A stretch of DNA of 64,000 nt, taken from contig OZ316895.1 of NCBI GenBank assembly GCA_973895155.1, forward strand, positions 9,226,184 to 9,290,183, in the 5' to 3' direction. How positions within the stretch are numbered: the first letter of the stretch is position 1; every line of letters begins with the position of its first letter. Below, in pieces: positions 60,983 through 64,000 of this stretch. Position numbers and translations under genes: made by a program. Source of the DNA: Marsupella aquatica (Eukaryota; Plantae; Marchantiophyta). The notes under the pieces were generated by a model. That model searched no databases. It was given only the letters and a program-made list of their open reading frames with translations, and had not been told where the DNA came from.

Positions 60983-61723
60983 TTAGTTGAAGAAACTCCC
61001 CCTGTTGAGGGTGTTTCTCCTATTACCATTCTTGGCGCGCTTGGTACCCTGCCTTGATGTGGAGGGTCTAGCGTTGTCTATGTGATGGGTTTCTCTTTGT
61101 GGTTCTGGGGTTAGCGTGCCTGCAGGACGTTTCCTAGAGTTAACTAAAAGGAGCTCTTGGTTCCTTTCTGTTACTAGGAGGTGGGCGATGAGCTCTACAT
61201 ATTGTCCGAACTTCATATTCCGGTACTGGGTTGATAGTAGCACGTTCAAAGAGTGGAACGTGGACAAGGCTTTTTCTAGCAAGTCCTTGTCTACGAGTCG
61301 CTCGCCACAGAGTGCAAGGGTTGAGGTTATTCTGAATAGCTCACTATTGTAGGTTGAGATGGATGTAAAGTCCTGGACCCATAAGTTTAGCCATTCTTGG
61401 CGTGCTCTGGGTAGTTCGACCAATGTCTGGTGGTCAAATCGGGTCTTAAGCGCTGTCCATAGCTCGTGAGGGGTGGAGAGGTGCATGTATTGTCTTTGCA
61501 AGAACCTATGGATATGACGTCGAAGAAATATTAGGGCCTTTGATTCATTGGCCTTGGTTAACGGGTCTGGTTGGGGTTCGCCTACTAGTATGGGTTGGGC
61601 TATCCCTATAGCTAGGAGAAGGGTTAAAGAGGTCAGGTTTTCCTTGAGGTTCATGGACCACTCGAGGTAATTGTTATCGTCGATTTCTAAAGCTGGGAAA
61701 GTCAATTTCTCCAGGTTGGCCAT
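60983..61723 (-). CDS. gag: Copia gag (Bianca-like), N-terminal 246 aa
   Basis: MANLEKLTFPALEIDDNNYLEW..LWTALKTRFDH..LPRARQEWLNL; a CCHC knuckle follows in a shifted frame (~60765-60805). Confidence 0.88.
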   Translation of the reverse strand: MANLEKLTFPALEIDDNNYLEWSMNLKENLTSLTLLLAIGIAQPILVGEPQPDPLTKANESKALIFLRRHIHRFLQRQYMHLSTPHELWTALKTRFDHQTLVELPRARQEWLNLWVQDFTSISTYNSELFRITSTLALCGERLVDKDLLEKALSTFHSLNVLLSTQYRNMKFGQYVELIAHLLVTERNQELLLVNSRKRPAGTLTPEPQRETHHIDNARPSTSRQGTKRAKNGNRRNTLNRGSFFN

Positions 61724-63048
61724 CTAGGGTTACTATGGCACTAGTGTACTAAGCTTCTTTTGGATGGTAATTAGGGCTTATGTAGTAATAGCCATAGGTA
61801 ATAGGAATTGAAGGGGCACATTTATGAGAGATTTAATACGGGTTCTTAGTAAGTAGGTAGCAAATGGATGGCTGAGGTTATGCCCGAAAGTTACAAGGCC
61901 TTTTGTGATTAGGGGTAAGCAAAAATGATTTTTTAGGGTTTTGCACTTTTGGTTACATTTCCTTTGTAAATGTATAACTACACATTATTTAGTGTATTTT
62001 AGGATTACTTTGTATTGGTGATGCAGTTATCCACTTGTGCACTTAGGGTTGCAGTTATGGTTAAGTGCGAGTCTTCCTTTGTTATTTTGAGTTCCTTTGG
62101 AAATAAGTTGCACTTAGCGTTGTTTGTCAGATGCTTGTTTGGGTGTTTCCTTGATGAATGTGACTTCAATGTCATCAGCGATCACTTTGGGTTGCGCCGC
62201 TTGCAATCACCTTGGGTACAGCTTTCTAATCACCTTGTCAATCTCTCTTTTCAAAATTCCTTCTTTGCTTTTCGATAGCTTCTCTGCTTACTAGCTTTCT
62301 TTGAGAGTAGATTTAAGGTAGATTGATGTTGTCCTTTTCTTCTGGTCGCTTTGTTGTTGTTGTGTTATCCTTCAGGTAACATCAATCGTGCGCTGTCACC
62401 GCAAGACCTTCTCTCCATCTTTACCCTATCGATTCTCAACGCCTCTTTTCTGGTCACTTCTCTGATCTTCGAGTGTTATCGTTTCTCTCTTGGTCTGTCC
62501 TTATTGATTTGCGATGCTGCCTGCCTGCTTTTCTCAATTCCTCACTCAATCCTTGTTGCTGTCCCAATCGTGGTCTATCACAGGCTCTTCCGTCTGGGCC
62601 TGTCCTTATGAGGTCGCGAAGTCCTTATGGATGCTTTTCAATTTGGCATTAGGCGCCTTCGGAGTCCTTTCTCGATTGTTCTGCCTGAATTTGTTTTCCA
62701 TTCTCATTGACCTCTTGCTTTACTGTTCGCTCTTCATAATTGCGCAGCGCAGGAGAATTGCTCTGTCTGGTGACTCAAACTTGATCGCCTTCGATCCTTA
62801 GTTATCGATTCTCCCTTTAAGTCTCTTCCTATCTCAATTCCTTGCTTGCCTCGTCAGTTCTGAATTTCTCGTCTTGTTTTCAAAACGGATCCCTATTCAC
62901 TCCTTCTCTTCTCAATTCTATTTGTGTCTTTTCAATTTTCCAAAATTGCTCTCGCGGTCCTTATGATCTCCTTGGCAAATCTATCCTTATCTCGGGGGAT
63001 CAATCTGCCATAGCTGTTTTCTTCTCTCCGCTCCGTTGGTGAGGCAAA

Positions 63049-63060
63049 GTGCTGATAACG
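63049..63060 (-). promoter_or_regulatory. Half-tRNA primer binding site (tRNA-Ile anticodon arm)
   Basis: CGTTATCAGCAC immediately after the 5' LTR, complementary to GTGCT(A/I)ATAACG of tRNA-Ile; typical of Bianca. Confidence 0.7.
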
Positions 63061-63179
63061 TGTGATGGAGAAATGATAATCATCGTATATATAGAATGTG
63101 GAATATCATTATACATATAGATGTGCCGGGTTTCCGGTTGGTCCAGTCAACAGGTGGAGTCTACAGGTGGAGTCTAACA
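63061..63179 (-). repeat. Copia 5' LTR (119 bp)
   Basis: Matches the 3' LTR, with an extra 13-bp CAGGTGGAGTCTA duplication, an AT insertion and several substitutions. Confidence 0.92.
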
Positions 63180-63450
63180 CTTTATAAACAACTCATGATG
63201 AAACAAAACGACAAGTAATGATGTTCAAAGTGTGAGAGGAAGTCTCTTACTTCTCATCCTTAATTAGGTGATAATTCAAAAAGAGAATCTACAACTACTT
63301 ACTTGTTTAGATTCTGTCTTAAATTAACTAGATAAACTAACCTATAAAATGAACTAAAGTGACTAGCATCATGGAAGGTGACTTATCATGTCTTAGTTCA
63401 TTCTTGCTCCATTCTTACTCCAAAGTTGTTCCTAAGCTCACAAATATTCT

Positions 63451-63900
63451 TCAAGTAAAAGACATTATCATTCTCCACCTGCCACCTACTCCCCCCATAA
63501 GGTAAAGTGGAAACTTCCTCAATAATGTGAGTTTAATAGTAAGGAATTTGTTATTGCTTCTTTTTGGCGCAGTTGGTTCAAGAGTTGGTTCAACTTGAGC
63601 ATCTCTAGCACTTGTCAATATATTCTTGGAAAATGACCATGTAGTGTATCTTTGATTGCTTTGCTTTGTAAGAGATCTCCCAACATGATACAAATGAGCA
63701 AGATAAGGTGCAATATAGCTAAGTAAAGATCCTGTAAATTTTTCTACCCCTAAGTTCAAAATCTTAACCCAATAATTGATGTCTCTCTTCTTGGTCTCTT
63801 CTTGGTAAAGAAACTATAATGTTAGTGATCAATGCTATCCCTAGAGTAACTCTAGTATGACCCTGGGTATGACCATATGGTTTCAAAATAGAACTAAGAA
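63451..63900 (-). pseudogene. Degenerate homolog of the ORF3 N-terminal domain
   Basis: HTRVTLGI..INYWVKIL..SYIAPYLAHLYH versus ORF3 QTRIILSF..INWTKVL..TYLAPYLAHIYH. Confidence 0.6.
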
Positions 63901-64000
63901 AAACAAACAAAGGTTTTAACTTAGCACTCTTCTACTTTGAGATTTCTAGCAACTTCTTCGTCACTGTTTGGTTGTACAAAGCTTCCTGAATCCGCTCTTA

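Larger units (their letters stand above)
56638..63179 (-). mobile_element. Ty1/Copia (Bianca-like) LTR retrotransposon, full-length but degenerate
   Basis: LTRs 56638-56741 and 63061-63179, TSD CTTTA (56633-56637 and 63180-63184), PPT AAGGGGGAA, order gag-PR-IN-RT-RH. Confidence 0.93.

Overview
Eukaryotic, transposon-packed window with no intact host gene, tRNA, rRNA or CRISPR array. The element types and spliceosomal introns suggest a non-seed land plant such as a moss (inference). Layout: Copia gag and Helitron Rep relics (1-2140); an old Gypsy LTR plus PBS (2146-3600); then a 33.8 kb CACTA-bounded unit (3791-37609, CTA TSD). That unit holds a minus-strand Gypsy whose pol reads protease - C5 DNA methyltransferase (DNMT3-like motifs) - RT - RNase H - integrase - PHD finger. 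Its gag is split by two head-to-head ~12.5 kb Sola2-like DNA transposons (11197-24074 with AATC TSD; 24783-36969). Each carries a spliced DDD transposase, a RING-H2 gene, an RPA1-C-like zinc/OB gene and AAGGAC repeat arrays. Next is a young intact Gypsy (38979-51441; 1387 bp LTRs, CGCCC TSD) with a TGA-CAATTA readthrough-type junction and an extra ORF3, then a degenerate Bianca-like Copia (56638-63179, CTTTA TSD). One unnamed domain recurs in elements of several classes. All family calls come from motif recognition by eye, with no database search.
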